DNA of 64,000 nucleotides from Bacteroidales bacterium (GCA_003559855.1 PWJZ01000067.1:36-64035), one strand, 5' to 3'. Shown: positions 45,837-56,080, counted from the first letter of the stretch. Notes: a model not told the origin generated them from the sequence alone. A program made the numbers and translations.

Positions 45837-48194
45837 ATGAAATTATATTGGAATATTTTAATTGCGTTTGTTTGCTTAAGTTTAGGTTTATCGGATGACC
45901 TGTTTTCCGAAAAATTTTCTTCCCGACAGGTTCACAATGAGAATGTATATGTTCATACTGACCGCGATTTATACATTGCCGGCGAACATTTACAGTTTAA
46001 GGCTTACCTTTTAAACGATAATAATGAAGAGAATCTGAAAAGCAAATTTATTTATCTGGCTTTGAGAAATGATGATAATGTTGTAGAACGTGTAATAATG
46101 CAGCTTGACAGATCTTGTTCGAGGGGTAGTATTTACCTTCATGACACATTGTCAACCGGCTATTACGAGTTGGTTGCACATACCAACCGGATGAGAAACC
46201 GGGGTGAAGACGTTTTTTTCAGGAAACCGGTATTGATTGTCAACAGGTTTGATGAGAATCCGGAAATGCTTTTAGAGGATAGTGTCGACCCGGATGCCCC
46301 GGAGCTTATTTTTGCACCGGAAAGCGGAAGCTTTGTGGAAGGGATTGACAATACGCTGCTAATAAAAACAAGCGGTGATTTTGATGCGGCTTTGCGTGAT
46401 GTATGGGTATTGAGTAAAAGTAATGACACTATTGAAAGAATTGATACGGTCGCACATACCATATTAAATGTTCACGGATTTGCAACGGTATCAATGGTTC
46501 CTGATTCAGGTTATGCATACTATGCTGCCGTTGACGGCACGGATAAACTATATGAGCTCCCTGAAGCCCGGAAAAGCGGTTTGGCTTTGAAAGTCAATGA
46601 AGAAAACAACAAATTGAAAGTTGAAATCATACCCGCCGCTGAAAGCCCGGTTATTGACAGATTGAAAATAATGCATAAAGATAATCTGGTGTTTGATGAG
46701 ATAGTATATGAAAAACCGTTTAGCACAATAATAGACCTTAAAGAGCTCAATATTCCAAAAGGTCTTTTATTCATTGAAGCAGAAGGCAGAGGATGGGGAA
46801 CGGTGGCGAAAAGACCCTGGTATAATGATTATAATGGTAATTCAAAGATAACCCTTGAAACTGATAAAAACCAATATGGTAAAAGAGAGAAGGTCAGGCT
46901 TACCCTTGACGGAACCCTTCTGGAAGATGATAATGCTATCCTTTCCGTATCTGTTGTAAAACCCGGTATGATCAACAAACAGAATGTGAGTTTTGAAGGA
47001 TATAACAGAGCTTTGGAGTTAACCAAAGTTTCAGGCTTTAACCATAAAGAAGCTGTTTCTTTATTTGGTAAAATGGATGTGGAAGAGCTGAATGAATATC
47101 TTATTATAAATAATGCTGATCAAGATAATGTTAATCATGACAAACAAAACTTCAGCCAGAATTATTTAATAGAAAACGAAAGACTGATAATATCGGGAAG
47201 GGTTGTTGACGGCAAGACAAATGTTCCATTGCAGGAAACAAGGATCATACTTAACAAACCCGACACAATCATCAATGTTTTATATACACAAACAGATGAT
47301 ATGGGCAGGTTTCATTTTGCCCTTTCCGATTATTTTTATTTTGACAGACTCTATTTTTTTGTTGATGCTCAAAACGATGAAAAAGAGCCTGTAATTGAAA
47401 TTTCAGATAAATTTTCTTATGAAACACCATTTGAAAACGGGAGATTTGCTTTATTGAGGGATAAAATGGATTTCATAAAAAGAAGCCAGGACATTGTAAG
47501 GGTCAATAAAGCTTATGGTATTAATCATGTTGAAGAATTAATCAAAGAAGCAAAACCGGTTTCATATCCGCCTGTAATATTTTCGGAAGCCAATCGGACT
47601 ATTTATACCGACAATTATGCACCATTAGACAGTTTGCATGAAATTTCGAGGGAGATTGTTTACGGATGGCAATTAAGAGGTCGGGCGGGCAGTTATGTTT
47701 CAAGGCTGATCTGCGGCACTGAGCGAAAATGGCTGCCCGGGTCACCCGTTTACTTCCTTGATGGTATAATTACATACGATATCGACAAACTGACACATCT
47801 TGATTCAAAAAAGATATACAAATTACAGATTCATAATTATCAATGGTATCACGGGGAAATGTTTTTTCCGGGAATAATCGGGATTTTTACAAGGAACTAT
47901 GAATATCTGACGGCCCTTGCACACCGGACAAGGACATCTATGATAAAAGAAACTCTTAAAAAACCCACAGAATATGTTACTCCGGAATATGGTCAGCGCA
48001 ACGGCGATGGTTTTCAGCGTCCGGATCTGAGGCAGGTTTTATACTGGGGTGCTGACATTGATATTGAAAAAGGCCGGTCAAAGACTCTGTCATTTTACTC
48101 CGGCGACCTGACAGGTGAATATTTAATAAAAATACAGGGAATTACATCAGGTGGCACCCCCGTTAGTATTTCTGAAATAATAAATATAAAATAG
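45837..48194 (+). CDS. Large secreted protein with MG2-like, CarboxypepD_reg-like and plug-like segments, no beta-barrel
   Basis: 785 aa with a signal peptide. VYVHTDRDLYIAGEHLQFKAYLL is a macroglobulin-type start. ISGRVVDGKTNVPLQETRIIL...DDMGRFHF is CarboxypepD_reg-like. PVYFLDGIITYDIDKLTHLDSKKIYKLQI is plug-like. No thioester motif. Confidence 0.45.
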   Translation: MKLYWNILIAFVCLSLGLSDDLFSEKFSSRQVHNENVYVHTDRDLYIAGEHLQFKAYLLNDNNEENLKSKFIYLALRNDDNVVERVIMQLDRSCSRGSIYLHDTLSTGYYELVAHTNRMRNRGEDVFFRKPVLIVNRFDENPEMLLEDSVDPDAPELIFAPESGSFVEGIDNTLLIKTSGDFDAALRDVWVLSKSNDTIERIDTVAHTILNVHGFATVSMVPDSGYAYYAAVDGTDKLYELPEARKSGLALKVNEENNKLKVEIIPAAESPVIDRLKIMHKDNLVFDEIVYEKPFSTIIDLKELNIPKGLLFIEAEGRGWGTVAKRPWYNDYNGNSKITLETDKNQYGKREKVRLTLDGTLLEDDNAILSVSVVKPGMINKQNVSFEGYNRALELTKVSGFNHKEAVSLFGKMDVEELNEYLIINNADQDNVNHDKQNFSQNYLIENERLIISGRVVDGKTNVPLQETRIILNKPDTIINVLYTQTDDMGRFHFALSDYFYFDRLYFFVDAQNDEKEPVIEISDKFSYETPFENGRFALLRDKMDFIKRSQDIVRVNKAYGINHVEELIKEAKPVSYPPVIFSEANRTIYTDNYAPLDSLHEISREIVYGWQLRGRAGSYVSRLICGTERKWLPGSPVYFLDGIITYDIDKLTHLDSKKIYKLQIHNYQWYHGEMFFPGIIGIFTRNYEYLTALAHRTRTSMIKETLKKPTEYVTPEYGQRNGDGFQRPDLRQVLYWGADIDIEKGRSKTLSFYSGDLTGEYLIKIQGITSGGTPVSISEIINIK

Positions 48195-48201
48195 CAGTGT
48201 T

Positions 48202-48942
48202 ATGATAAAACCTATAAATATTGTTCTTTTGATGTATATTGTTTTTTCGACAATAATTTTTTCCGTTAATATATATGCAAAGGATGGTTATTACGAAAAA
48301 ATGTTTTTATCGGTTTTTGAGCCGAGATTATCGGGCGAGATTTATACTTTTACAATGCGGGCCGATGGAAGTTATTATATGAATGAAAATTGGCTTAAAG
48401 GTGATGTTGTTTTGATTACGGGCGAAGCAGTTCATGACAAGCTTTTAAAATACAATACCTATCTGGATGAATTGATCTGGATGTCATCTAAAACTTTCCA
48501 GCCTGTTAAGGTAGATAAAAAATTGGTAAAGGAGTTTTCCATTAACCTTCCTGAAATGAGGGAACCTGTGGTATTCAGAAATGTTTCAATTGATGTGGCT
48601 TTCAGAGACGACTCATTAAATATTTTCGCACAGAAGTTGTATGAGGGTAATATTTCGCTGATGGCGCAAAGGCGTGTTGTTAAAACCGGTGAAAGACTTA
48701 CAAGTGTGAGGGGTACGCATATTTCAGTTCCCAGACTGGAGGCTGATCCGGTTTTTTATATTGTGATGCCTGATAATGAAGCTTTTGAAGTTGGCAGGTT
48801 AAACAGAAGGGCTTTATACCGGATATTTCCGGAGTATCGCAGTGAAATCAGAACAGCTTTGCGCCGTGAAAATATATGGATACGTTCAGAAAGCGATCTG
48901 GTAAGAGCAGTTGCTTTAATTGATGAAATAGTTTCACAATAA
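48202..48942 (+). CDS. Hypothetical exported protein (246 aa)
   Basis: N-terminal hydrophobic signal or anchor. It starts 7 nt after the preceding gene. No recognised motif. Confidence 0.4.
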   Translation: MIKPINIVLLMYIVFSTIIFSVNIYAKDGYYEKMFLSVFEPRLSGEIYTFTMRADGSYYMNENWLKGDVVLITGEAVHDKLLKYNTYLDELIWMSSKTFQPVKVDKKLVKEFSINLPEMREPVVFRNVSIDVAFRDDSLNIFAQKLYEGNISLMAQRRVVKTGERLTSVRGTHISVPRLEADPVFYIVMPDNEAFEVGRLNRRALYRIFPEYRSEIRTALRRENIWIRSESDLVRAVALIDEIVSQ

Positions 48943-49109
48943 ATAAAACAGGGTAATCATAACACGTTGAGCAATAACGAAATCCCGGTTTTCAGGATTA
49001 CCCGTCAACCGTTGTGTGTTCACGAAACCCCGATTTTCTACGACTACTTGTAACCCTATACCCGATATGATACATTGCTGTTAATTAAACTTATAAAATA
49101 ATTTTACGT

Positions 49110-50258
49110 ATGAAAAAAATAATAATTACAACATTTTTTTTAGTTGTTGTATTGATAAGTGTTAATACACAGGTAAATAACCAATCGATGCGCGCAAGAA
49201 ACCATGGAATTGAAATTGGTATTTTGCAAACCGGGCGTAATAATGCCATTACCGATGTAGAAGGTGTAAAGGTTGGTAATACCACTATATATGAAGGAGA
49301 GAATATTCGTACCGGAGTAACTGCCATATTACCTCACGCAGACAATCTTTTTCAATTGAAGGTTCCCGCTGCCATATACCTGGCCAATGGTTTTGGCAAA
49401 CTGACAGGGTACAGCCAGGTGGAAGAATTGGGGAATATTGAAACACCCATAATTTTGACTAACACACTAAGTGTTCCTGTTGCGGCCGGTGCTTTAATAA
49501 GTTATACTTTGTCTTTGCCGGGTAATGATGAAGTCAGGTCTGTCAACCCTGTTGTAGGGGAGACCAATGACGGATGGCTTAATGATATCAGGGGAAGGCA
49601 CATAAAAGAGCATCATGTTCTTGATGCAATAAAAAATGCTTCGGGAGGCTTAGTTGAAGAAGGCAATGCCGGAGCCGGCACGGGCACAATAAGCTTTGGG
49701 TTCAAAGCAGGCATAGGAACTTCCTCACGTCTCATACCCGAATCACTGGGCGGATATACGGTTGGTGTACTCGTTCAATCCAATTTCGGAGGTGTGCTTG
49801 AAATTAACGGGGCTCCGGTCGGAAAAGAATTAAACAGATATATGTACAGGGATAAAATTTTAGATGATGCCGACGGATCATGTATGATAATTGTTGCTAC
49901 CGATGCACCTCTTTGTTCCAGAAATCTGAAAAGGCTGGCTAAAAGAGCCATGCTGGGTCTGGCAAAAACAGGTGGTATTTCATCTAATGGAAGCGGTGAT
50001 TATGTCATTGCTTTTTCCGTTGCCCCAGATAACCTTATCAGACATAACGACGAATCATCGTATCACAAAACGGCTGTGTTACGCAACGAAAGCACATCAC
50101 CGCTTTTCTTAGCCGTAATTGAAGCCACTGAAGAAGCAATACTGAATTCGCTGTTTGCCGCCAAAACAATGGCAGGACGAAATAATCATAAAATTGAAGC
50201 ACTACCCGTTGAACAGATACTGGAAATACTACGTAAGTATAATAAAATTGAAAAATAA
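49110..50258 (+). CDS. P1 (S58, DmpA/BapA-type) family aminopeptidase
   Basis: Signal peptide, NAITDVEGVKVGNTT near the N-terminus, and a GAGTGT region consistent with the self-processing Ntn-hydrolase DmpA family. Confidence 0.75.
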   Translation: MKKIIITTFFLVVVLISVNTQVNNQSMRARNHGIEIGILQTGRNNAITDVEGVKVGNTTIYEGENIRTGVTAILPHADNLFQLKVPAAIYLANGFGKLTGYSQVEELGNIETPIILTNTLSVPVAAGALISYTLSLPGNDEVRSVNPVVGETNDGWLNDIRGRHIKEHHVLDAIKNASGGLVEEGNAGAGTGTISFGFKAGIGTSSRLIPESLGGYTVGVLVQSNFGGVLEINGAPVGKELNRYMYRDKILDDADGSCMIIVATDAPLCSRNLKRLAKRAMLGLAKTGGISSNGSGDYVIAFSVAPDNLIRHNDESSYHKTAVLRNESTSPLFLAVIEATEEAILNSLFAAKTMAGRNNHKIEALPVEQILEILRKYNKIEK

Positions 50259-50333
50259 TGTGTTGGCTGCTTATCTTATATTACAATAATTCAGCTTATT
50301 TTTACATTTTATTTCAACATATAATTCACTTCT

Positions 50334-51917
50334 ATGATCACAAAAGATAAAGTAAAAAACAAGAGCAGTGACCATAAGGTTATACTTCGCAACTTAACAC
50401 AGCAGGACTATGATACGTTGGTAAGTTCTATGCATGAAGCATATAGTGGAATTGATGAAGATGTTTGGCAAAAAAGGGAGATACGGAGGCTTCTGAAGTT
50501 GTTTCCCGAGGGTCAGATATGTATTGAGATCGACGGTGAAGTTGTGGCGGTAGCCTTGTCATTGATAGTCAACTACAGTAAGTTTGGCGATAATCATACA
50601 TATTATCAGATAACAGGCAATGAAACTTTTAACACTCATGATTCAAACGGTGATGTGCTTTACGGGATCGATATTTTTGTTCATCCTGATTACCAAGGCA
50701 TGCGGCTTGGCCGAAGGTTATATGATGCCCGTAAAGAATTGTGCGAAAAGCTTAATCTTAAAAGCATTATCGCAGGCGGACGTATTCCGGGTTATAAAGA
50801 ATATAAAGATACTCTAACTCCAAAGCAATATATTGAAAAGGTAAAGATGAAGGAAATTTATGATCCTATTCTTACTTTTCAATTGTCAAACGACTTTCAT
50901 GTAAAAAAGATATTGCGAAATTATCTGCCTTACGATAAGGAATCCAGGACTTATGCCACTTTGCTTGAGTGGAACAATATATATTATGAGGAGAAGGAAA
51001 AGCTGATAGGAGGCAGGCAGTCGGTAGTGAGGGTAGGTTTGGCTCAGTGGCAGATGCGCAGTGTTTTTTCTTTCGAGGCATTGCTGGAGCAGGTAGAATT
51101 TTTTGTTGATTCGGTAAGCTCTTATCAGTCAGATTTTTTGTTGTTGCCTGAATATTTTAATGCTCCACTTATGGCTGAATTCAACCATTTATCGGAAGCT
51201 GAGGCTTTGCGGGGGTTGGCTGAATATACTGAGCCTTTGAGAGAGAAGTTTTCTGAGTTTGCAATTTCGTACAACATCAATATTATTTTGGGCAGTTTGC
51301 CGATCTGCGAAGAAGACAAGCTATATAACATTTCTTACCTTTGCCGGCGTGATGGCACATGGGAAGGTCAGTACAAGATACATCCCACACCCGACGAAGT
51401 TGCCAGTTTTGGTATGAGAGGAGGAAACTCTTTGAAAACTTTTGAAACAGATGCAGGAAGAATAGGAATACTTATTTGCTATGATGTTGAATTTCCTGAG
51501 CTGTCAAGGATATTGGCTGACCAGGGAATGGATATTCTTTTTGTTCCTTTCCTTACCGATACCCAAAACGGTTTCAACAGGGTTAGAATATGTTCACAGT
51601 CGAGAGCAATAGAAAATGAGTGTTATGTTGTAATTGCCGGGTCGGTGGGCAACCTGCCAAGAGTTAAAAACATGCGTATCCAGTTTGCCCAGTCAGCCGT
51701 ATTTTCTCCATCCGATTTTGCATTTCCCAATAATGCCATTGTTGCCGAAACTACAGCTAACACTGAAATGACTTTGGTGGCTGATGTAGACCTTGATCTG
51801 CTTAAAGAGCTGCATAATATGGGAAGCGTCAGAAATCTTAAAGATCGTCGCAAAGACCTTTATTCGCTTAAATGGAGGAAAAGCAATACAACGGCTATTG
51901 CTAAAAAGAAGAGATAA
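50334..51917 (+). CDS. Bifunctional GNAT N-acetyltransferase / carbon-nitrogen hydrolase (nitrilase superfamily) fusion
   Basis: The N-terminal half has a GNAT core (HPDYQGMRLGRRLY). The C-terminal half has CN-hydrolase E-K-C elements (LLLPEYF, YKIHPTP, GILICYDVEFPE). Confidence 0.85.
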   Translation: MITKDKVKNKSSDHKVILRNLTQQDYDTLVSSMHEAYSGIDEDVWQKREIRRLLKLFPEGQICIEIDGEVVAVALSLIVNYSKFGDNHTYYQITGNETFNTHDSNGDVLYGIDIFVHPDYQGMRLGRRLYDARKELCEKLNLKSIIAGGRIPGYKEYKDTLTPKQYIEKVKMKEIYDPILTFQLSNDFHVKKILRNYLPYDKESRTYATLLEWNNIYYEEKEKLIGGRQSVVRVGLAQWQMRSVFSFEALLEQVEFFVDSVSSYQSDFLLLPEYFNAPLMAEFNHLSEAEALRGLAEYTEPLREKFSEFAISYNINIILGSLPICEEDKLYNISYLCRRDGTWEGQYKIHPTPDEVASFGMRGGNSLKTFETDAGRIGILICYDVEFPELSRILADQGMDILFVPFLTDTQNGFNRVRICSQSRAIENECYVVIAGSVGNLPRVKNMRIQFAQSAVFSPSDFAFPNNAIVAETTANTEMTLVADVDLDLLKELHNMGSVRNLKDRRKDLYSLKWRKSNTTAIAKKKR

Positions 51918-51974
51918 TCACATTAAAATTTTGTAATTTAAATATATGATAATAATAAATAATATTATAGTCAG

Positions 51975-52832
51975 ATGCAAATAAAAAGATTGCTGATAAT
52001 ATTCAACCTGTTTATTTTTACCGCTTTAAATGTATTAAATGCAATGGCTGATGATGATCAAGACCGGAGGGACTCAGATAACGTTAAACTACATAATGTC
52101 AATTACAAACATGTTTATTATAAAGTTGACCAGGGCATTTCAACCGGTATCATATTGGATCAAAAAATGTCCAACCTTCATTATACCGGGCCGGGAGCTC
52201 TGATCAATTTTGGCCGGCGGGTTTATACTCCTGATTATATTGCCGAATGGAATTTTTTACGGATCAACTTCGGCTATCTGGAGCCGGAACATAAAGGAAC
52301 ACAGGTTTACAAGCCTTCATTGGGAGTAAGGTATTTGCATCTCAGAAACCTGAATTCCCGCGGTATTATCCGGGTTCATGCGGGCTTACAGGCTAATTTA
52401 TTTGCCGATGTGCGTATTGCTCCGCGACTGGGAAACTCGTACCTGTTTGCCGATATAATTGGTGAAGTCAGACCGCAATGCAAGCTTTCAACAAGCTTTT
52501 ACTTTTTACGGCAATGGAATGTTGATTTTTCATTATCAGCAACACTGACAGGCATCGGAATAAGATACCCGGAATATGGTACAACCTTCATGTTGTCGGG
52601 TGACGGAGGTATTGCATTTCAACCGGGTGAAAGACATATTCTGAAACTATCCAATTTCGGTCATGTCACAACCGGAATATTTTTAGATGAATCATTCGGT
52701 AATCCTTCAAACCCTAATCGCTACAGAATAGGTTATATATGGGATTATTACTCAATGAAGGGCAATCACAACTTAAATGTCAACAACGCTGTACATCAAC
52801 TGGTGCTTGAATTTTATTTTAAAGTTAACTGA
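51975..52832 (+). CDS. Hypothetical secreted protein, possibly a small beta-barrel
   Basis: Signal peptide (LNVLNAMA) and alternating hydrophobic pattern. No diagnostic motif. Confidence 0.35.
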   Translation: MQIKRLLIIFNLFIFTALNVLNAMADDDQDRRDSDNVKLHNVNYKHVYYKVDQGISTGIILDQKMSNLHYTGPGALINFGRRVYTPDYIAEWNFLRINFGYLEPEHKGTQVYKPSLGVRYLHLRNLNSRGIIRVHAGLQANLFADVRIAPRLGNSYLFADIIGEVRPQCKLSTSFYFLRQWNVDFSLSATLTGIGIRYPEYGTTFMLSGDGGIAFQPGERHILKLSNFGHVTTGIFLDESFGNPSNPNRYRIGYIWDYYSMKGNHNLNVNNAVHQLVLEFYFKVN

Positions 52833-52891
52833 CAAATAATTGAGTTTTTATCAATATTTATCTATTTAAGGACAAACAAAAGATAATAATT

Positions 52892-53923
52892 ATGCATAAT
52901 AATAAGAAATTACAGATCATGTTGAATAACATGATCGTTATACTCTTGCTGTTTTTAACCTGTTCATGTGAAAAGCTTTTTATTGAGCCTGATGCTTCGG
53001 TGGATCCTGAGTCAATATTTGAGGAAATATGGGAATTTGCAGATACTCATTATTCTTTTTTTGAATATAAAGATGTTGACTGGGATGAGGTATACGGGCG
53101 TTATCGTCCTAAAGTACACAGCAGAATGGGGGCTGTAGGGTTGTTTGATGTTTGTGCCGATATGTTGTATGAGTTGAAAGACGGGCATGTTAACCTGGTA
53201 AGCTCTTTCGACCGTTCGAGAAACTGGCGGTGGTATTTAAACAGCCCGGAAAACTTTTATTATTCAATAATTGAGAGGAATTATTATAAAGGCAGGCAAA
53301 GGTATATAGGACCGTTTGAGTTTTTTGACATGGGGAATATAGTTTATATCTATTACAGTAGTTTTGGTAACCCTATTGGCGAAGGGCATATGGATATTGT
53401 GATCAACAATCTGAGAGGCAAAAGGGGTGTTATTTTCGATGTACGTAACAATGGCGGTGGCAATCCTGATAACGCCCGCCGGATTGCAGGTCGTTTTACC
53501 GATCACAAACGTTTTGCAGGGTATAATTGGGTCAAATATGGTCCGGGGCATGAAGACTTCAGGGTTGAAGAAGTTCATATCGAACCCTATGATGGCGACA
53601 GGTTTACCGGCAAGGTAGTGGTTCTTACCAATCGGAAAAGTTATAGTGCAACAACATACTTTACCCAGTATATGAGGGTTTTGGATGATGTTACGCTTGT
53701 GGGTGATACTACAGGTGGCGGCGGGGGAATGCCCGCTTTCCGTGATCTGCCTAACGGATGGCTGCTAAGAGTTTCCAGCTCAAGGTTTTATAGCCCGGAT
53801 GGTTTTAATATCGAAAGCGGAATACCTCCCGATATACAGATAGACATTGATGAAGAAGAAGCATTTGAACTGGGTATAGATCCCATTATTGAAAAAGCAG
53901 TTAAGTTTATCCTGGGATATTAA
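52892..53923 (+). CDS. S41 family peptidase (C-terminal processing peptidase-like)
   Basis: GVIFDVRNNGGGN followed by VVVLTNRKSYSATTYF (Ser nucleophile context) and GDTTGGGGG. Lipoprotein-like N-terminus (LFLTCSC). Confidence 0.75.
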   Translation: MHNNKKLQIMLNNMIVILLLFLTCSCEKLFIEPDASVDPESIFEEIWEFADTHYSFFEYKDVDWDEVYGRYRPKVHSRMGAVGLFDVCADMLYELKDGHVNLVSSFDRSRNWRWYLNSPENFYYSIIERNYYKGRQRYIGPFEFFDMGNIVYIYYSSFGNPIGEGHMDIVINNLRGKRGVIFDVRNNGGGNPDNARRIAGRFTDHKRFAGYNWVKYGPGHEDFRVEEVHIEPYDGDRFTGKVVVLTNRKSYSATTYFTQYMRVLDDVTLVGDTTGGGGGMPAFRDLPNGWLLRVSSSRFYSPDGFNIESGIPPDIQIDIDEEEAFELGIDPIIEKAVKFILGY

Positions 53924-54304
53924 TATTACCCCGGTTTTGTGCATGAAGTTATTGCTGTTTTATTAAAAGGCTGATTTTCTATTGTTTATTTTGTAAAATA
54001 GTAGGCTTTTGGGTGTTGCAATATGCAAAAAAAAAGGAAATTTTGTTGTACTGACATGTTTATAACGAAAAACAATTGCAAGACAACTCCGCAGGAGTGA
54101 CCTGTTTGTAGCAGTAGTATTGACAACCCAAAAGCCACGTAGTGGCGACCTGTTATAACTACAGCGCGAATACCGCTAAGAATAAATAAACAAATTAAAT
54201 GTTATTAAATAAGGGTTCTGATTTTAGTAAACCCGGGGTATGTATTATACAAAACATATTAATATAGCCTTGAGTGTTCGAAGAGATGTGTTGGTTTTTT
54301 ATTA

Positions 54305-54346
54305 CAAAGAGGACAGTATATAATTACACTGTCCTCTTTGTATTTT
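54305..54346. terminator. Strong hairpin between convergent genes (13-bp perfect stem)
   Basis: caaagaggacagt (54305-54317), 10-nt loop, actgtcctctttg (54328-54340), then tatttt. It lies 30 nt beyond the AbgT stop, with a T-tail on the plus-strand side. Confidence 0.6.
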
Positions 54347-54376
54347 AGAAAAGCTGCTTATAAGAACCGGCTGATT

Positions 54377-56080
54377 TTATTCGGTTTCTGTTTCGCCGTT
54401 CTTTTCTTCTTTTTTCCCTTCAATACTATCCATCACATAAGTATCATCATTAAAGTTGTCATTTTCAATTTCCGCATGTTCTTCAATAATTTGATGCGCA
54501 GCGGGGTCATCTTTATCTTCCTCATAGTAGAGCGGGCCTTCAATACCCAGTGGTAATCCGAGCCATACCCATATTATGAATTTGGGTATTCTTGCTATCA
54601 TAAATGCTATGGCGTATGGTATCATCATGGATATCAGTGTACCTATACCGGCTGTTTTGTCATATTTTTGAATAAAGACTATTACAAGGGGGAAGTAAGG
54701 CAGCAAAGGCGTAAGGATATTGGAGTAGGAGTCGCCGATACGATAGGCGGCCTGTGTTAATTCGGGAGCAAACCCCATAAGCATCAGCATTGGCACGAAA
54801 ATAGGCGCGAGCAGTGCCCACTTGGCTGATGCGCTTCCCATGATCAGGTTTACCAATGATGAAACAAGAATGAAAGCAACCAACAGGGGTATTCCTGTAA
54901 ACCCTATCGCAGTGAGACCTTCCGAGCCTTTTACTGCAAGGATGCTCCCAAGGTTGGACCAGTTAAAGTAGGCTACAAACTGTGCTGCGACAAATGCTAT
55001 TACAATATATAAGCCCATGGTTGACATTGATTTTGTTGTCATGGTTGCAACATCTTTATCGTTTTTGATGGTTTTTGAAATAATTCCGTAAACCAGCCCT
55101 GCGACAAAGAATAGTATGAACATTATCGGCACAATGGAATCGTAGAATGGTCTGAAGCTGTGTTTGCCGATGCTTTCGTCAAATTCGCCGCGCAGAATAC
55201 CATCAGAAGGTATTATTGCAATTGCAACCAGTATCAGAACGGCAACTATTGAAACCAATGACCATTTCAATGCTTTACGTTCGAGTGGTGTAATGTCATT
55301 GTTTTTTTCATCGCTCAGTTTTTCACCTTCGGGTCGGTATTCACCCAGGCGTGGCACTATGATTTTTTCTGTCACCCATGTACCTGCTATTCCTACCAGG
55401 GGTACAGCAGCAGCCATAATGTAGTAATTGGAGAGGGGGTTGACGGTATATAACGGGTTTATGATATTGGATGCGGGTTCGGTAAAAGCGGCCAGCATGG
55501 GGTCGAGTCCGGTGGGCAATACATTAGCTCCAAAACCACCCGATACACCTGCAAAGGCGGCAGCTATTCCTGCAAGGGGGTGCCGGCCCATGCCAAGGAA
55601 AAGCGTGGCACCTATTGGTATCAGTATCACGTAACCGGCATCTACAGCCACTGAACTAAGCATACCACCTATAACAATAGAAAAAGTTACCAATTGCTTG
55701 GGAACTTTGGAAATAAACATCTTCAAAGCAACATTTATCATACCCGTGTGTTCGGCAACACCAATACCAAGCATTACCACAAGTACCAAACCAAGAGGAG
55801 GGAATGTCGCAAAAACCTCAACCATTTCGGTAAATACCCTTTGAAGCCCTTCCTTGGTAAGCAGGCTTTCAACTATAATGTGCTCTGCAGGAACACCCGT
55901 GTCAGGCCCGGTGCCAGGTCTTAAAACACTTACACCGCTAAATATCCATGACAACAGAAGTACTACACCCATTAGTATGGCAAACAAAGTTACAGGATGA
56001 GGCAACTTGTTTCCTACAACCTCAATTACGTCCAGTATTTTCTTAAAAACACCATTACTTTTTGTTTTATCTTTTGTCAT
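54377..56080 (-). CDS. AbgT family (aminobenzoyl-glutamate / dipeptide-type) transporter
   Basis: 567 aa. The N-terminus ...FKKILDVIEVVGNKLPHPVTLFAILMGVVLLLSWIF and the overall polytopic layout are typical of AbgT. It has an acidic roughly 50-aa C-terminal tail. Confidence 0.8.
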   Translation of the reverse strand: MTKDKTKSNGVFKKILDVIEVVGNKLPHPVTLFAILMGVVLLLSWIFSGVSVLRPGTGPDTGVPAEHIIVESLLTKEGLQRVFTEMVEVFATFPPLGLVLVVMLGIGVAEHTGMINVALKMFISKVPKQLVTFSIVIGGMLSSVAVDAGYVILIPIGATLFLGMGRHPLAGIAAAFAGVSGGFGANVLPTGLDPMLAAFTEPASNIINPLYTVNPLSNYYIMAAAVPLVGIAGTWVTEKIIVPRLGEYRPEGEKLSDEKNNDITPLERKALKWSLVSIVAVLILVAIAIIPSDGILRGEFDESIGKHSFRPFYDSIVPIMFILFFVAGLVYGIISKTIKNDKDVATMTTKSMSTMGLYIVIAFVAAQFVAYFNWSNLGSILAVKGSEGLTAIGFTGIPLLVAFILVSSLVNLIMGSASAKWALLAPIFVPMLMLMGFAPELTQAAYRIGDSYSNILTPLLPYFPLVIVFIQKYDKTAGIGTLISMMIPYAIAFMIARIPKFIIWVWLGLPLGIEGPLYYEEDKDDPAAHQIIEEHAEIENDNFNDDTYVMDSIEGKKEEKNGETETE

